A stretch of 64,000 nucleotides of DNA from Escherichia coli (GCF_003991155.1 NZ_CP031293.1), one strand, 5' to 3'; shown: positions 42,498-56,082, numbered from the stretch's first letter. The notes: generated by a model from the sequence alone, not told the origin. Translations and numbers: made by a program.

Positions 42498-42662
42498 TCA
42501 CTCCACATCTTCCCTGCGTAACCCAATATCCCTCAACCGCTCATCACTCATCTGCTGTAACACCCGCCGGGCCTGCATTTGCCGCCGCCAACGCCTCACT
42601 GCCTGCCAGAGTTGCACAAGTCCAATAAACGGTGCTTTAGCTTTGTTTTCGTGAAATTCCAT
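42498..42662 (-). CDS. yjiS: Small DUF1127 protein YjiS (54 aa)
   Basis: Hand-translated reverse-strand ORF MEFHENKAKAPFIGLVQLWQAVRRWRRQMQARRVLQQMSDERLRDIGLRREDVE* with GGAGG RBS; below the 60-aa cutoff of the ORF track. Confidence 0.75.
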   Translation of the reverse strand: MEFHENKAKAPFIGLVQLWQAVRRWRRQMQARRVLQQMSDERLRDIGLRREDVE

Positions 42663-42838
42663 CTGCTGCCTCCTCATCTTTCAGAGGCTTCATCATCCGC
42701 CTTCTGGCAGCTCACAATACAGATGCAAATATTAGTTTTATTTAACATACAGACAGGTTAAAACAGCATCTGCATCCGGTTTTTTAGCCTCATCTGTACC
42801 GGTTTTTCCCTCTGTATGGTCCAAATAAGGAATACAGC

Positions 42839-44251
42839 ATGACGCGTTATCAACATCTGGCGACTCTGCTTGCCGAGCGGATTGAGCAAGGGCTGTATCG
42901 TCACGGGGAGAAATTGCCGTCGGTGCGCAGCTTGAGTCAGGAGCACGGCGTCAGTATCAGCACCGTGCAGCAGGCGTACCAGACGCTGGAGACGATGAAG
43001 CTCATCACTCCGCAGCCGCGTTCGGGTTATTTTGTCGCACAACGGAAAGCCCAGCCGCCAGTACCGCCGATGACGCGTCCGGTGCAGCGCCCGGTGGAAA
43101 TTACCCAGTGGGATCAGGTGCTGGATATGCTGGAGGCGCATAGCGACAGTTCCATTGTTCCGTTAAGTAAAAGCACGCCGGATGTCGAAACGCCCAGCCT
43201 GAAACCGCTGTGGCGGGAGCTAAGCCGGGTGGTGCAGCATAATCTGCAAACCGTTCTCGGTTATGACTTGTTAGCCGGTCAGCGAGTGTTGCGAGAGCAG
43301 ATTGCCCGCCTGATGCTCGACAGCGGCTCGGTGGTCACCGCCGATGACATCATCATTACTAGCGGCTGCCATAACTCGATGTCGCTAGCGTTAATGGCGG
43401 TGTGTAAACCGGGCGATATTGTCGCGGTCGAATCCCCCTGTTATTACGGTTCGATGCAGATGCTGCGCGGCATGGGCGTGAAAGTGATTGAAATCCCCAC
43501 CGATCCAGAAACAGGCATCAGCGTTGAAGCGCTGGAACTGGCGCTGGAGCAGTGGCCGATTAAAGGCATCATTCTGGTGCCAAACTGTAATAATCCGCTG
43601 GGATTTATTATGCCGGACGCGCGCAAACGGGCCGTTCTCTCTCTCGCTCAGCGTCATGATATTGTGATTTTTGAAGATGATGTCTACGGCGAACTGGCAA
43701 CGGAGTATCCGCGCCCGCGGACCATTCATTCCTGGGATATCGACGGGCGAGTGCTGTTGTGCAGCTCGTTCAGTAAAAGTATTGCTCCAGGCCTGCGCGT
43801 GGGTTGGGTCGCACCGGGGCGTTATCACGATAAACTGATGCATATGAAATACGCCATCAGCAGCTTTAATGTGCCGTCCACGCAAATGGCGGCGGCAACG
43901 TTTGTGCTGGAAGGTCACTATCATCGCCATATCCGGCGGATGCGGCAGATCTATCAGCGCAATTTGGCGCTTTATACCTGCTGGATACGGGAATATTTTC
44001 CCTGCGAAATCTGTATTACGCGCCCGAAAGGCGGATTTTTACTGTGGATAGAATTGCCTGAACAGGTCGATATGGTTTGCGTTGCGCGGCAGCTATACCG
44101 CATAAAAATCCAGGTGGCGGCAGGCTCGATTTTCTCAGCTTCCGGCAAATACCGTAATTGTCTGCGCATCAACTGCGCTTTGCCGCTCAGCGAAACCTAT
44201 CGCGAAGCACTGAAGCAAATTGGCGAAGCCGTGTATCGGGCAATGGAATGA
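42839..44251 (+). CDS. yjiR: MocR/GabR-type transcriptional regulator (GntR HTH fused to PLP aminotransferase-like domain)
   Basis: 470 aa; N-terminal GntR HTH (LPSVRSLSQEHGVSISTVQQAYQTLE) and large aminotransferase class I-like C-terminal domain. Confidence 0.85.
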   Translation: MTRYQHLATLLAERIEQGLYRHGEKLPSVRSLSQEHGVSISTVQQAYQTLETMKLITPQPRSGYFVAQRKAQPPVPPMTRPVQRPVEITQWDQVLDMLEAHSDSSIVPLSKSTPDVETPSLKPLWRELSRVVQHNLQTVLGYDLLAGQRVLREQIARLMLDSGSVVTADDIIITSGCHNSMSLALMAVCKPGDIVAVESPCYYGSMQMLRGMGVKVIEIPTDPETGISVEALELALEQWPIKGIILVPNCNNPLGFIMPDARKRAVLSLAQRHDIVIFEDDVYGELATEYPRPRTIHSWDIDGRVLLCSSFSKSIAPGLRVGWVAPGRYHDKLMHMKYAISSFNVPSTQMAAATFVLEGHYHRHIRRMRQIYQRNLALYTCWIREYFPCEICITRPKGGFLLWIELPEQVDMVCVARQLYRIKIQVAAGSIFSASGKYRNCLRINCALPLSETYREALKQIGEAVYRAME

Positions 44252-44329
44252 ATTCGAAATAGTGGCGAGCCCCCTGATTTCCTCTCACGAATAGCGTGTG
44301 ACTCGTTTTATCTTTGCAGGGTCATCTCC

Positions 44330-44460
44330 ACGTTCCAGTATGGCTTAGGCAAATTGCGCTTCGTTCATGCCGGATGCCATGTGAACGCCTTACCAGGTCT
44401 ACAAAATTTTTAAAGTTCAATATATTGAATGGGTTATGTAGACCTGATAAGCGTAGCACA
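44330..44460. repeat. REP/BIME palindromic units
   Basis: GCCGGATGCCATGTGAACGCCTTACCAGGTCTAC and inverted GTAGACCTGATAAGCGTAGCACATCAGGC copies between yjiR and rpnD. Confidence 0.7.
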
Positions 44461-44493
44461 TCAGGCAGCTTTGCGTTTGTCATCGGCCTCTGA

Positions 44494-45450
44494 TTAGTAC
44501 TCGATCCATGGATCGCGCTTGCTTTCAGGCAAGGGCTGATCTAATGCCTGCATTTGCTCTGCCGAAAGTCCGGTATATCGTTGTATCCATTCAGGATCCG
44601 CCCCATTCTGCAACAACAATCGGAGGAGGCTCTTTTCCCCTTCTTCTTTCCCTTCTTTCCTCCCCCTCTCCCTTCCCAACAGCCATCCATCATTATGAAT
44701 TCGCTCTGCAATCGTCATTATTCGCTCCCTGTGTTGTGGCATTCGACGGATAAGTTCGCTGATAAACTCATTAAAACGCGCTTCATCGCCAGTCAGTAAA
44801 ATGTAATTTAACAGCGCGGTTATCTGGCTGTCATTAGCGCACCCTGTAACCAGTAATACTGCCAGTTGATCAATAAGCCCCATTAGATCGCGCTGGCGAA
44901 TATGCTTTTGGATCAACTCCAGCAGGGCGACTCTGCGATGCTGCACAATCTCGTCGTCTGGCACGACAGTGACATCCACCAGCGGGAACGCTGCGGTATA
45001 AAGCTTCCGTGCGGTAGCCGGGTCGGCAAATTCATCCAGCCAGCACAAAGACCAGGGGTAAGGACTACGGCTACCGTGATAAAACAGCATCGGGATGACC
45101 AGCGGTAGCGGCCGGCGTTTATCATGCTCGATATGGCGCTGCATCACCGCCATGGAATATCGCATCAGGCGAAAGGCCATATGGATATCCTCGCGGCTCT
45201 GATGTTCAATCACCACATAAATATAGCCATCTCCTTCGCGGGTCTTTACCGACCACAGAATATCGGAATGTAGCGCCCGCAATTTTTCATCGACAAAGCT
45301 GGCGTATTCCAGTTTTAAGCTGTCGAGATCGCACAGTTCACGTAAATCTTTGGGTAAGTGGATCTCCATAAAATCCCGCGCGGTGTCAGGGTGGGTGAGA
45401 AAAGATTTAAATAATGCGTCATGCGGCGTGCTGGTCGTGAAGTTTGTCAT
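44494..45450 (-). CDS. rpnD: Rpn-family recombination-promoting nuclease (PD-(D/E)XK, transposase_31-like); intact ORF
   Basis: 318 aa; N-terminal HDALFKSFL motif typical of Rpn/YhgA-like proteins; E/G/K-rich low-complexity C-terminal linker. Confidence 0.75.
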   Translation of the reverse strand: MTNFTTSTPHDALFKSFLTHPDTARDFMEIHLPKDLRELCDLDSLKLEYASFVDEKLRALHSDILWSVKTREGDGYIYVVIEHQSREDIHMAFRLMRYSMAVMQRHIEHDKRRPLPLVIPMLFYHGSRSPYPWSLCWLDEFADPATARKLYTAAFPLVDVTVVPDDEIVQHRRVALLELIQKHIRQRDLMGLIDQLAVLLVTGCANDSQITALLNYILLTGDEARFNEFISELIRRMPQHRERIMTIAERIHNDGWLLGRERGRKEGKEEGEKSLLRLLLQNGADPEWIQRYTGLSAEQMQALDQPLPESKRDPWIEY

Positions 45451-45916
45451 GGCGATCCGTCACCTGTAGATAAGATGGCCCGACTGTAGCGACTAACAAA
45501 ACCATTCTCACCCGGCAATTTCTCGTTCCCCGAGGTGCTTTCCAGGCTATTTTTGTTCCTCTGCAAACGATACATTTTTCCGGAAACAGGCTCGCATTTT
45601 ACATTTCCTGTACCCGGCAGATATTCCCCTTTCCACCGCACTCTTTTGATTAACCGCAAATTTTAATTACACTTAAGGTGTATATTTTCTATGCAACCCA
45701 TCAATTCAAGAGGTGTAATGTGCTGATGACTATTTGTAATCGTTATACATTCTGACCTGGAGTCAGAAGGTATTTCTCTGTCTGTATGTTCACAGGCAGT
45801 GTGGTTGATTACATGAAATTCAGTACATTTGCCCGTCTCGCCTGCCTTTCGTCATTACCGACGGTATTGAATTTCGTTTTCCCCATTGGGATTCTCCGGA
45901 CAAGGAGTTGTTTGTT

Positions 45917-47149
45917 ATGCCACGTTTTTTTGCCCGCCATGCCGCCACGCTGTTTTTCCCGATGGCGTTGATTTTGTATGACTTTGCTGCGTATCTGTCG
46001 ACGGACCTGATCCAGCCAGGGATCATTAATGTGGTCCGTGATTTTAATGCCGATGTCAGTCTGGCCCCTGCTGCCGTCAGTCTCTATCTCGCTGGAGGCA
46101 TGGCATTGCAGTGGCTGCTGGGGCCGCTTTCCGACAGGATTGGCCGCAGGCCGGTGCTGATTACCGGGGCGTTAATTTTTACCCTTGCCTGCGCCGCGAC
46201 AATGTTCACCACGTCAATGACACAATTTCTTATCGCGCGTGCAATTCAGGGCACCAGTATCTGTTTTATTGCCACCGTTGGTTATGTCACGGTGCAGGAG
46301 GCGTTCGGACAGACAAAAGGGATCAAGTTGATGGCGATTATCACCTCCATCGTACTGATTGCGCCGATTATTGGCCCGCTTTCCGGCGCAGCTCTGATGC
46401 ACTTTGTGCACTGGAAAGTCCTTTTTGCCATCATTGCGGTTATGGGTTTTATCTCATTTGTCGGCTTGCTGCTGGCGATGCCAGAGACGGTGAAGCGCGG
46501 CGCGGTTCCGTTTAGCGCCAAAAGCGTCTTACGCGATTTTCGCAATGTCTTTTGCAACCGGCTGTTCCTCTTTGGCGCGGCAACCATCGCCCTCAGCTAT
46601 ATCCCAATGATGAGCTGGGTGGCTGTCTCGCCGGTGATCCTGATCGATGCGGGCGGCTTAACAACTTCGCAGTTCGCCTGGACGCAGGTTCCGGTATTCG
46701 GCGCGGTGATTGTCGCGAATGCCATCGTGGCGCGTTTCGTTAAAGATCCGACCGAACCGCGGTTTATCTGGCGTGCCGTACCCCTTCAACTGGTCGGCCT
46801 CGCGCTGTTGATTATCGGCAATCTGCTGTCGCCACACGTCTGGCTGTGGTCGGTGCTCGGCACCAGTCTGTATGCTTTCGGGATTGGTTTGATCTTCCCG
46901 ACCTTATTCCGCTTTACGCTGTTTTCCAATAACTTACCGAAAGGGACCGTCTCCGCATCGCTGAATATGGTGATCCTGATGGTGATGTCTGTCTCGGTCG
47001 AAATCGGCCGCTGGCTGTGGTTTAACGGCGGTCGCTTGCCGTTTCATCTGTTAGCCGTTGTGGCAGGCGTTATCGTCGTTTTCACCCTGGCCGGATTGCT
47101 TAATCGCGTGCGCCAACATCAGGCTGCCGAGCTGGCGGAGGAGCGGTGA
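45917..47149 (+). CDS. mdtM: MFS multidrug efflux transporter MdtM
   Basis: ORF 45908..47149; 12-TM MFS; product from [23 protein letters not shown], about 410 aa. Confidence 0.88.
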   Translation: MPRFFARHAATLFFPMALILYDFAAYLSTDLIQPGIINVVRDFNADVSLAPAAVSLYLAGGMALQWLLGPLSDRIGRRPVLITGALIFTLACAATMFTTSMTQFLIARAIQGTSICFIATVGYVTVQEAFGQTKGIKLMAIITSIVLIAPIIGPLSGAALMHFVHWKVLFAIIAVMGFISFVGLLLAMPETVKRGAVPFSAKSVLRDFRNVFCNRLFLFGAATIALSYIPMMSWVAVSPVILIDAGGLTTSQFAWTQVPVFGAVIVANAIVARFVKDPTEPRFIWRAVPLQLVGLALLIIGNLLSPHVWLWSVLGTSLYAFGIGLIFPTLFRFTLFSNNLPKGTVSASLNMVILMVMSVSVEIGRWLWFNGGRLPFHLLAVVAGVIVVFTLAGLLNRVRQHQAAELAEER

Positions 47150-47190
47150 TTTTTGCGCGATCCTGCCGTCAGGCTCTATTCTTAACGTTA

Positions 47191-48470
47191 TGAATAAACT
47201 CATCGAACTCAGACGCGCCAAAATGTTGGCGCTCTCTTTACTGCTTATCGCCGCTGCTACCTTTGTCGTTACGCTGTTTTTGCCGCCCAATTTTTGGGTG
47301 AGCGGCGTGAAGGCGATTGCTGAAGCGGCGATGGTCGGCGCGCTGGCTGACTGGTTTGCGGTGGTGGCGCTATTTCGCCGCGTGCCGATTCCGATCATTT
47401 CTCGTCATACGGCGATTATCCCGCGTAATAAAGACCGGATTGGCGAAAATCTCGGTCAGTTCGTGCAGGAAAAATTTCTCGATACCCAATCGCTGGTGGC
47501 ATTGATTCGACGTCACGAACCGGCGTTGTTGATTGGCAACTGGTTTAGTCAGCCAGAAAACGCCCGCCGCGTTGGTCAGCATCTGTTGCAGATCATGAGT
47601 GGTTTTCTTGAACTGACCGATGATGCGCGTATTCAGCGCCTGCTTAAGCGCGCGGTCCACCGGGCGATTGATAAGGTTGATCTTTCTGGCACCAGTGCGT
47701 TGATGCTGGAGAGTATGACCAAAAACGATCGTCATCAGGTGCTGCTCGATACGCTGATCGCACAGTTGATCGCCCTTCTCCAGCGCGATAAATCGCGCAA
47801 GTTTATCGCCCAGCAGATTGTTCGCTGGCTGGAGAGTGAGCATCCACTGAAAGCCAAAATTCTCCCCACTGAATGGCTGGGCGAACATAGCGCGGAGTTA
47901 GTTTCTGACGCGGTGAATTCTTTGCTTGATGATATTAGTCGCGATCGTGCGCATCAGATCCGCCATGCATTTGATCGCGCCACTTTTGCCCTGATCGACA
48001 AGTTGAAAAACGATCCTGAAATGGCAGCGCGAGCCGATGCCGTAAAAAGCTATCTGAAAGAAGATGAAGCTTTTAACCGCTATCTCAGTGAATTGTGGGG
48101 GGATTTGCGGGAATGGCTGAAAGCGGATATCAACAGTGAAGATTCTCGTGTGAAAGAACGCATCGCACGAGCGGGTCAATGGTTTGGCGAAACGTTAATT
48201 GCCGATGATGCCTTGCGGGCGTCGTTAAATGGTCACCTGGAACAAGCCGCGCACCGCGTCGCGCCTGAGTTTTCCGCATTCCTGACGCGCCACATCAGCG
48301 ATACGGTAAAAAGCTGGGATGCCAGGGATATGTCGCGGCAAATCGAGTTAAATATCGGCAAAGATCTGCAGTTTATTCGTGTTAACGGTACGCTGGTTGG
48401 CGGATGTATTGGGCTGATTTTATATTTGCTGTCGCAGCTCCCGGCCTTGTTCCCCCTCGGCAATTTTTAG
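47191..48470 (+). CDS. yjiN: DUF445-family inner-membrane protein YjiN
   Basis: ORF 47058..48470; likely start [19 protein letters not shown] at 47191 (about 426 aa). Confidence 0.8.
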
Positions 48471-48585
48471 AAATCCATGAAAAACTAAGTGGCTAACCGC
48501 GAGAGAGATCAAATAAACCATACTAAAAGAATGGTAATAATGTGGCCTCTTTTCATTATCTCCCGTGGTACGGGGAAGGAAAATC

Positions 48586-49737
48586 ATGTCACTTGTCACC
48601 GATCTACCCGCTATTTTCGATCAGTTCTCTGAAGCTCGCCAGAAAGGCTTTCTCACCGTCATGGATCTCAAGGAGCGCGGCATTCCGCTGGTTGGCACTT
48701 ACTGCACCTTTATGCCGCAAGAGATCCCGATGGCAGCCGGTGCGGTTGTGGTTTCGCTCTGTTCCACCTCTGATGAAACCATTGAAGAAGCGGAGAAAGA
48801 TCTGCCGCGCAACCTCTGCCCGCTGATTAAAAGCAGCTACGGCTTTGGCAAAACCGATAAATGCCCCTACTTCTACTTTTCGGATCTGGTGGTCGGTGAA
48901 ACCACCTGCGACGGCAAAAAGAAAATGTATGAATACATGGCGGAGTTTAAGCCCGTGCATGTGATGCAATTGCCCAACAGCGTTAAGGACGATGCCTCGC
49001 GTGCATTATGGAAAGCTGAGATGCTGCGCTTACAAAAAGCGGTAGAGGAACGTTTTGGACACGAGATTAGCGAAGATGCTCTGCGCGATGCCATTGTGCT
49101 GAAAAACCGCGAACGTCGCGCACTGGCTAATTTTTATCATCTTGGGCAGTTAAATCCTCCGGCGCTTAGCGGCAGCGACATTCTGAAAGTGGTCTACGGC
49201 GCAACCTTCCGGTTCGATAAAGAGGCGTTGGTTGACGAACTGGATGCAATGACCGCCCGCGTTCGTCAGCAGTGGGAAGAAGGCCAGCGACTGGACCCGC
49301 GTCCACGCATTTTAATCACCGGCTGCCCAATTGGCGGCGCAGCAGAGAAAGTGGTGCGCGCGATTGAAGAGAATGGCGGCTGGGTTGTCGGTTATGAAAA
49401 CTGCACTGGGGCGAAAGCGACCGAGCAATGCGTGGCGGAAACGGGCGATGTCTACGACGCGCTGGCGGATAAATATCTGGCGATTGGCTGCTCCTGTGTT
49501 TCGCCGAACGATCAGCGCCTGCAAATGCTCAGCCAGATGGTTGAAGAATATCAGGTCGATGGCGTAGTTGATGTGATTTTGCAGGCGTGCCATACCTACG
49601 CGGTGGAATCGCTGGCGATTAAACGTCATGTGCGTCAGCAGCACAACATTCCTTATATCGCTATTGAAACAGACTACTCCACCTCAGATGTCGGGCAGCT
49701 CAGCACCCGTGTCGCGGCCTTTATTGAGATGCTGTAA
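48586..49737 (+). CDS. yjiM: 2-hydroxyacyl-CoA dehydratase-like protein YjiM (HgdB/BcrB family component)
   Basis: ORF 48565..49737; product from MSLVTDLPA, 383 aa; adjacent to its putative ATPase activator yjiL. Confidence 0.8.
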   Translation: MSLVTDLPAIFDQFSEARQKGFLTVMDLKERGIPLVGTYCTFMPQEIPMAAGAVVVSLCSTSDETIEEAEKDLPRNLCPLIKSSYGFGKTDKCPYFYFSDLVVGETTCDGKKKMYEYMAEFKPVHVMQLPNSVKDDASRALWKAEMLRLQKAVEERFGHEISEDALRDAIVLKNRERRALANFYHLGQLNPPALSGSDILKVVYGATFRFDKEALVDELDAMTARVRQQWEEGQRLDPRPRILITGCPIGGAAEKVVRAIEENGGWVVGYENCTGAKATEQCVAETGDVYDALADKYLAIGCSCVSPNDQRLQMLSQMVEEYQVDGVVDVILQACHTYAVESLAIKRHVRQQHNIPYIAIETDYSTSDVGQLSTRVAAFIEML

Positions 49738-49746
49738 GGAGTGGCA

Positions 49747-51693
<1,947 letters not shown>

Positions 51694-51760
51694 CAGGCTG
51701 GCATATTTCACCTTTTTGTTATTAACTTGTTAACAACAAAAATGACATACAAGGTTAAAC

Positions 51761-52939
51761 ATGCCTTCGTCCTCGCATCCCGTAGAACGCTTTTCTTTCA
51801 GCACCGCGCTTTTCGGGATGCTGGTTCTGACCCTAGGTATGGGATTAGGTCGCTTCCTTTATACGCCTATGTTGCCCGTCATGATGGCGGAAGGGGCGTT
51901 TTCATTTAGCCAGCTCTCGTGGATTGCCAGCGGCAACTATGCGGGGTATCTGGCTGGCAGTCTGCTATTTTCGTTTGGCGCATTTCACCAGCCGTCGCGC
52001 CTACGCCCATTTCTGTTGGTTTCTGCCCTGGCGAGCGGGTTGTTGATCCTCGCAATGGCATGGTTGCCGCCATTTATTCTGGTGTTATTGATTCGCTTCC
52101 TGGCGGGTGTCGCCAGCGCCGGTATGCTGATTTTTGGTTCGACGCTGATTATGCAGCACACGCGCCATCCTTTTGTGCTGGCAGCTTTGTTTTCTGGCGT
52201 TGGCATTGGCATTGCACTGGGCAACGAATATGTTCTGGCAGGCCTGCATTTTGCCTTATCCTCGCAAACGTTATGGCAAGGCGCCGGGGCGCTTTCTGGC
52301 ATGATGCTGATTGCACTTACGCTTTTAATGCCCTCGAAAAAACACGCCATCGCACCAATGCCATTGGCAAAAACGGAGCAACAGATAATGAGCTGGTGGT
52401 TACTGGCTATTCTGTACGGCCTGGCGGGATTTGGTTATATCATCGTCGCGACTTACCTGCCGCTCATGGCGAAAGATGCAGGCTCACCATTGTTAACCGC
52501 CCATCTCTGGACGTTAGTCGGCTTATCAATTGTGCCAGGCTGCTTTAGCTGGCTATGGGCAGCAAAACGTTGGGGGGCTTTGCCTTGCCTGACGGCGAAT
52601 TTGCTGGTGCAGGCTATCAGTGTGCTGCTTACTCTCGCCAGCGACTCTCCTCTCTTGCTTATCATTAGTAGTATCGGTTTTGGCGGTACCTTTATGGGCA
52701 CGACATCTCTGGTGATGACTATCGCCCGCCAACTGAGCGTTCCGGGAAATCTCAATCTTTTAGGCTTTGTGACGCTCATTTACGGCATTGGACAAATCCT
52801 CGGCCCGGCGCTGACCAGTATGCTCGGCAATGGAACATCGGCGCTTGCCGGCGCCACTCTCTGCGGCGCGGCGGCGTTGTTTATTGCTGCGCTTATCAGC
52901 ACAGTACAATTATTTAAGCTGCAAGTGGTCACTTCATGA
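51761..52939 (+). CDS. yjiJ: MFS transporter YjiJ (DUF1228)
   Basis: 392-aa polytopic membrane protein. Confidence 0.8.
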   Translation: MPSSSHPVERFSFSTALFGMLVLTLGMGLGRFLYTPMLPVMMAEGAFSFSQLSWIASGNYAGYLAGSLLFSFGAFHQPSRLRPFLLVSALASGLLILAMAWLPPFILVLLIRFLAGVASAGMLIFGSTLIMQHTRHPFVLAALFSGVGIGIALGNEYVLAGLHFALSSQTLWQGAGALSGMMLIALTLLMPSKKHAIAPMPLAKTEQQIMSWWLLAILYGLAGFGYIIVATYLPLMAKDAGSPLLTAHLWTLVGLSIVPGCFSWLWAAKRWGALPCLTANLLVQAISVLLTLASDSPLLLIISSIGFGGTFMGTTSLVMTIARQLSVPGNLNLLGFVTLIYGIGQILGPALTSMLGNGTSALAGATLCGAAALFIAALISTVQLFKLQVVTS

Positions 52940-52951
52940 GGAGTGTTTCCC

Positions 52952-53506
52952 TTACCACTCAAGAAATTCGACCGCAACCGTTGATGTCAGCCAGACTCCG
53001 TTTTCCGCTTGCCAGAAAGGGATGCCTCGTTTCGCCATTTCCTGTGCTTTGACGGTTAAGATAACCGGCGATCCGTGTCTTGCTCCCACTTTGCGTGCCG
53101 TTGCTTCATCAGCAGAGAGATGCACGTAATGACGCTCCCCTGCAATCAGCCCCTGTTTTTTTATCTCGTCAAGGAAACGGCTTGCCGTACCGTGGTAAAG
53201 AAACTGTGGCGGTGTTTTTTCGGCAAAGGAAATAGCGACCTGCGAAGTCGAATGCCCCTGAACCGCGCGGATGCACCTACCATCACTGGAATAACTAAAA
53301 CGCTTTTTATCACTGGTGGCGACCACGGTATCCAGCAATGTACGGGTTAATCGCTTGCCCGCTTTTTGGGCACAAAGTATGAGCTTATCGATATCCGCCC
53401 ATCCTTCACGGTCAAGTACGATACCAATCGCCTCCGGTTTGTGTCGGAGGACAAAACTTAAAAACTTGCTCGTATCCGCCAGCTCTTTTTCGTTGTACTT
53501 TGCCAT
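52952..53506 (-). CDS. kptA: RNA 2'-phosphotransferase KptA (Tpt1 family)
   Basis: ORF 52952..53608; product from [24 protein letters not shown], 184 aa. Confidence 0.88.
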   Translation of the reverse strand: MAKYNEKELADTSKFLSFVLRHKPEAIGIVLDREGWADIDKLILCAQKAGKRLTRTLLDTVVATSDKKRFSYSSDGRCIRAVQGHSTSQVAISFAEKTPPQFLYHGTASRFLDEIKKQGLIAGERHYVHLSADEATARKVGARHGSPVILTVKAQEMAKRGIPFWQAENGVWLTSTVAVEFLEW

Positions 53507-53755
53507 CTCGTTTTCGTCCCTGGATTTTCTGTTTTTATTTACTGATGTCATTGTCACTGGGTTTATGAATTTTCTGCAACTCAATCCTGCGCAGAGCCTT
53601 TTCCACACAGCGTAATTTTTCCGCTATGCAAAAAACGCATAGCCAGAAACATACTTGCATTTTCCCCATACCCACATGGCTGATAAGGTTTTTCCGCTCC
53701 AGGAATTTTCCTGGCTCAAGCAACACACAAACACAAAAAAACAATGGGGATTGTT

Positions 53756-54439
53756 ATGACACAACAAGGGGATGCTGTAGCCGGGGAGCTGGCGACAGAA
53801 AAAGTGGGCATTAAAGGGTATCTGGCTTTTTTTCTCACCATAATCTTTTTTTCCGGTGTTTTTTCCGGAACAGACAGCTGGTGGCGCGTTTTTGATTTTT
53901 CCGTTCTGAACGGATCGTTTGGGCAACTGCCTGGTGCGAACGGAGCCACCACCTCATTTCGCGGGGCGGGTGGCGCGGGGGCTAAAGATGGCTTTCTCTT
54001 TGCGCTGGAGCTGGCACCGTCAGTCATTCTCTCTCTGGGGATTATTTCAATTACCGATGGTCTTGGTGGATTACGCGCCGCGCAGCAGTTAATGACACCT
54101 GTGCTAAAACCGTTGTTGGGCATTCCAGGGATCTGCTCGCTGGCGCTGATCGCTAACCTGCAAAACACGGATGCCGCCGCCGGTATGACCAAAGAGCTGG
54201 CGCAGGAAGGTGAAATTACCGAACGCGATAAAGTGATTTTCGCCGCATATCAAACCAGCGGTAGCGCCATCATCACCAACTACTTCTCTTCCGGCGTCGC
54301 GGTGTTTGCCTTTCTGGGCACGTCCGTAATCGTACCTTTAGCCGTCATCCTGGTGTTTAAATTTGTCGGAGCCAACATTTTGCGCGTCTGGCTTAACTTC
54401 GAAGAACGTCGCAACCCAACGCAAGGAGCGCAAGCATGA
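53756..54439 (+). CDS. yjiH: Nucleoside-recognition-domain membrane protein YjiH
   Basis: ORF 53744..54439; membrane protein; start overlaps with downstream yjiG. Confidence 0.8.
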   Translation: MTQQGDAVAGELATEKVGIKGYLAFFLTIIFFSGVFSGTDSWWRVFDFSVLNGSFGQLPGANGATTSFRGAGGAGAKDGFLFALELAPSVILSLGIISITDGLGGLRAAQQLMTPVLKPLLGIPGICSLALIANLQNTDAAAGMTKELAQEGEITERDKVIFAAYQTSGSAIITNYFSSGVAVFAFLGTSVIVPLAVILVFKFVGANILRVWLNFEERRNPTQGAQA

Positions 54440-54897
54440 CAACTCAGGTCCGCAAAAACGTCATGGATATGTTTATCGATGGCGCGCGCCGTGGCTTTAC
54501 TATCGCCACCACCAACCTGCTGCCAAACGTGGTGATGGCGTTTGTCATCATTCAGGCGCTGAAAATTACCGGCCTGCTCGACTGGGTGGGGCATATCTGT
54601 GAACCGGTAATGGCGCTGTGGGGATTACCCGGTGAAGCGGCAACCGTCCTTTTAGCCGCATTAATGAGTATGGGCGGCGCAGTCGGTGTTGCCGCCAGTC
54701 TGGCGACCGCTGGCGCATTAACCGGCCACGATGTCACCGTTTTACTGCCCGCGATGTATTTAATGGGCAACCCGGTGCAAAATGTCGGTCGCTGCCTGGG
54801 GACAGCCGAAGTGAATGCCAAATATTACCCGCATATCATTACGGTCTGCGTGATTAACGCATTGCTGTCGATCTGGGTTATGCAGCTTATTGTTTAA
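54436..54897 (+). CDS. yjiG: SpmB-like inner-membrane protein YjiG
   Basis: 153 aa; 4-nt overlap with yjiH; upstream of iadA. Confidence 0.82.
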   Translation: MTTQVRKNVMDMFIDGARRGFTIATTNLLPNVVMAFVIIQALKITGLLDWVGHICEPVMALWGLPGEAATVLLAALMSMGGAVGVAASLATAGALTGHDVTVLLPAMYLMGNPVQNVGRCLGTAEVNAKYYPHIITVCVINALLSIWVMQLIV

Positions 54898-54909
54898 CAA
54901 GGAGTTACC

Positions 54910-56082
54910 ATGATTGATTATACCGCAGCCGGTTTTACCCTGCTGCAGGGAGCGCATTTGTATGCGCCGGAAGATCGGGGAATTTGCGATGTCCTCGTCG
55001 CTAACGGCAAAATTATCGCCGTTGCCAGTAATATCCCTTCTGACATTGTACCGGACTGCACGGTTGTCGATCTCAGCGGGCAAATCCTCTGCCCAGGTTT
55101 TATTGATCAACACGTCCATTTGATTGGCGGTGGCGGCGAAGCAGGTCCCACGACGCGCACGCCGGAAGTGGCGCTAAGTCGCCTGACGGAAGCGGGCGTC
55201 ACGTCAGTGGTTGGTCTGCTGGGCACCGACTCTATCTCTCGCCACCCGGAATCCCTGCTCGCCAAGACCCGTGCGCTCAATGAAGAAGGCATCAGCGCCT
55301 GGATGCTGACCGGCGCTTATCATGTCCCTTCCCGCACTATTACGGGTTCCGTGGAAAAAGACGTGGCGATTATCGATCGCGTGATTGGTGTGAAATGCGC
55401 CATCTCTGATCACCGTTCTGCCGCACCGGACGTTTATCACCTGGCTAATATGGCGGCGGAATCCCGCGTTGGCGGTTTGCTCGGCGGCAAACCTGGCGTC
55501 ACCGTGTTCCACATGGGCGACAGTAAAAAGGCGTTACAGCCTGTCTATGACCTGCTGGAAAACTGCGATGTGCCGATCAGCAAGCTGCTGCCGACCCACG
55601 TTAACCGCAACGTTCCGTTGTTTGAGCAGGCGCTGGAGTTCGCGCGCAAAGGCGGCACCATCGACATCACCAGCAGCATTGACGAACCGGTCGCCCCTGC
55701 CGAAGGTATTGCCCGCGCCGTTCAGGCGGGTATTCCGCTGGCACGCGTCACCCTCAGCTCCGACGGCAACGGTAGCCAGCCGTTCTTCGATGACGAAGGG
55801 AATTTAACCCATATCGGTGTTGCCGGTTTTGAAACGTTGCTGGAAACCGTGCAGGTGCTGGTCAAAGACTATGATTTCAGTATCAGCGATGCCCTGCGCC
55901 CGCTCACCAGTAGCGTAGCCGGTTTCCTTAACCTGAGCGGGAAAGGCGAAATTCTGCCAGGCAATGACGCAGACTTACTGGTCATGACGCCAGAATTGCG
56001 CATTGAGCAGGTATACGCTCGCGGCAAACTGATGGTCAAAGACGGCAAAGCCTGCGTGAAAGGAACGTTTGAAACGGCTTAA
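54910..56082 (+). CDS. iadA: Isoaspartyl dipeptidase (amidohydrolase superfamily)
   Basis: 390 aa; metal-binding GFIDQHVHLIGGGGE motif. Confidence 0.9.
   Translation: MIDYTAAGFTLLQGAHLYAPEDRGICDVLVANGKIIAVASNIPSDIVPDCTVVDLSGQILCPGFIDQHVHLIGGGGEAGPTTRTPEVALSRLTEAGVTSVVGLLGTDSISRHPESLLAKTRALNEEGISAWMLTGAYHVPSRTITGSVEKDVAIIDRVIGVKCAISDHRSAAPDVYHLANMAAESRVGGLLGGKPGVTVFHMGDSKKALQPVYDLLENCDVPISKLLPTHVNRNVPLFEQALEFARKGGTIDITSSIDEPVAPAEGIARAVQAGIPLARVTLSSDGNGSQPFFDDEGNLTHIGVAGFETLLETVQVLVKDYDFSISDALRPLTSSVAGFLNLSGKGEILPGNDADLLVMTPELRIEQVYARGKLMVKDGKACVKGTFETA

Noticed and set aside
42579-42761. 60-aa plus-strand ORF between symE and yjiR
   Set aside because: Overlaps the better-supported reverse-strand DUF1127 gene yjiS (42498..42662), which has an RBS and a conserved motif.
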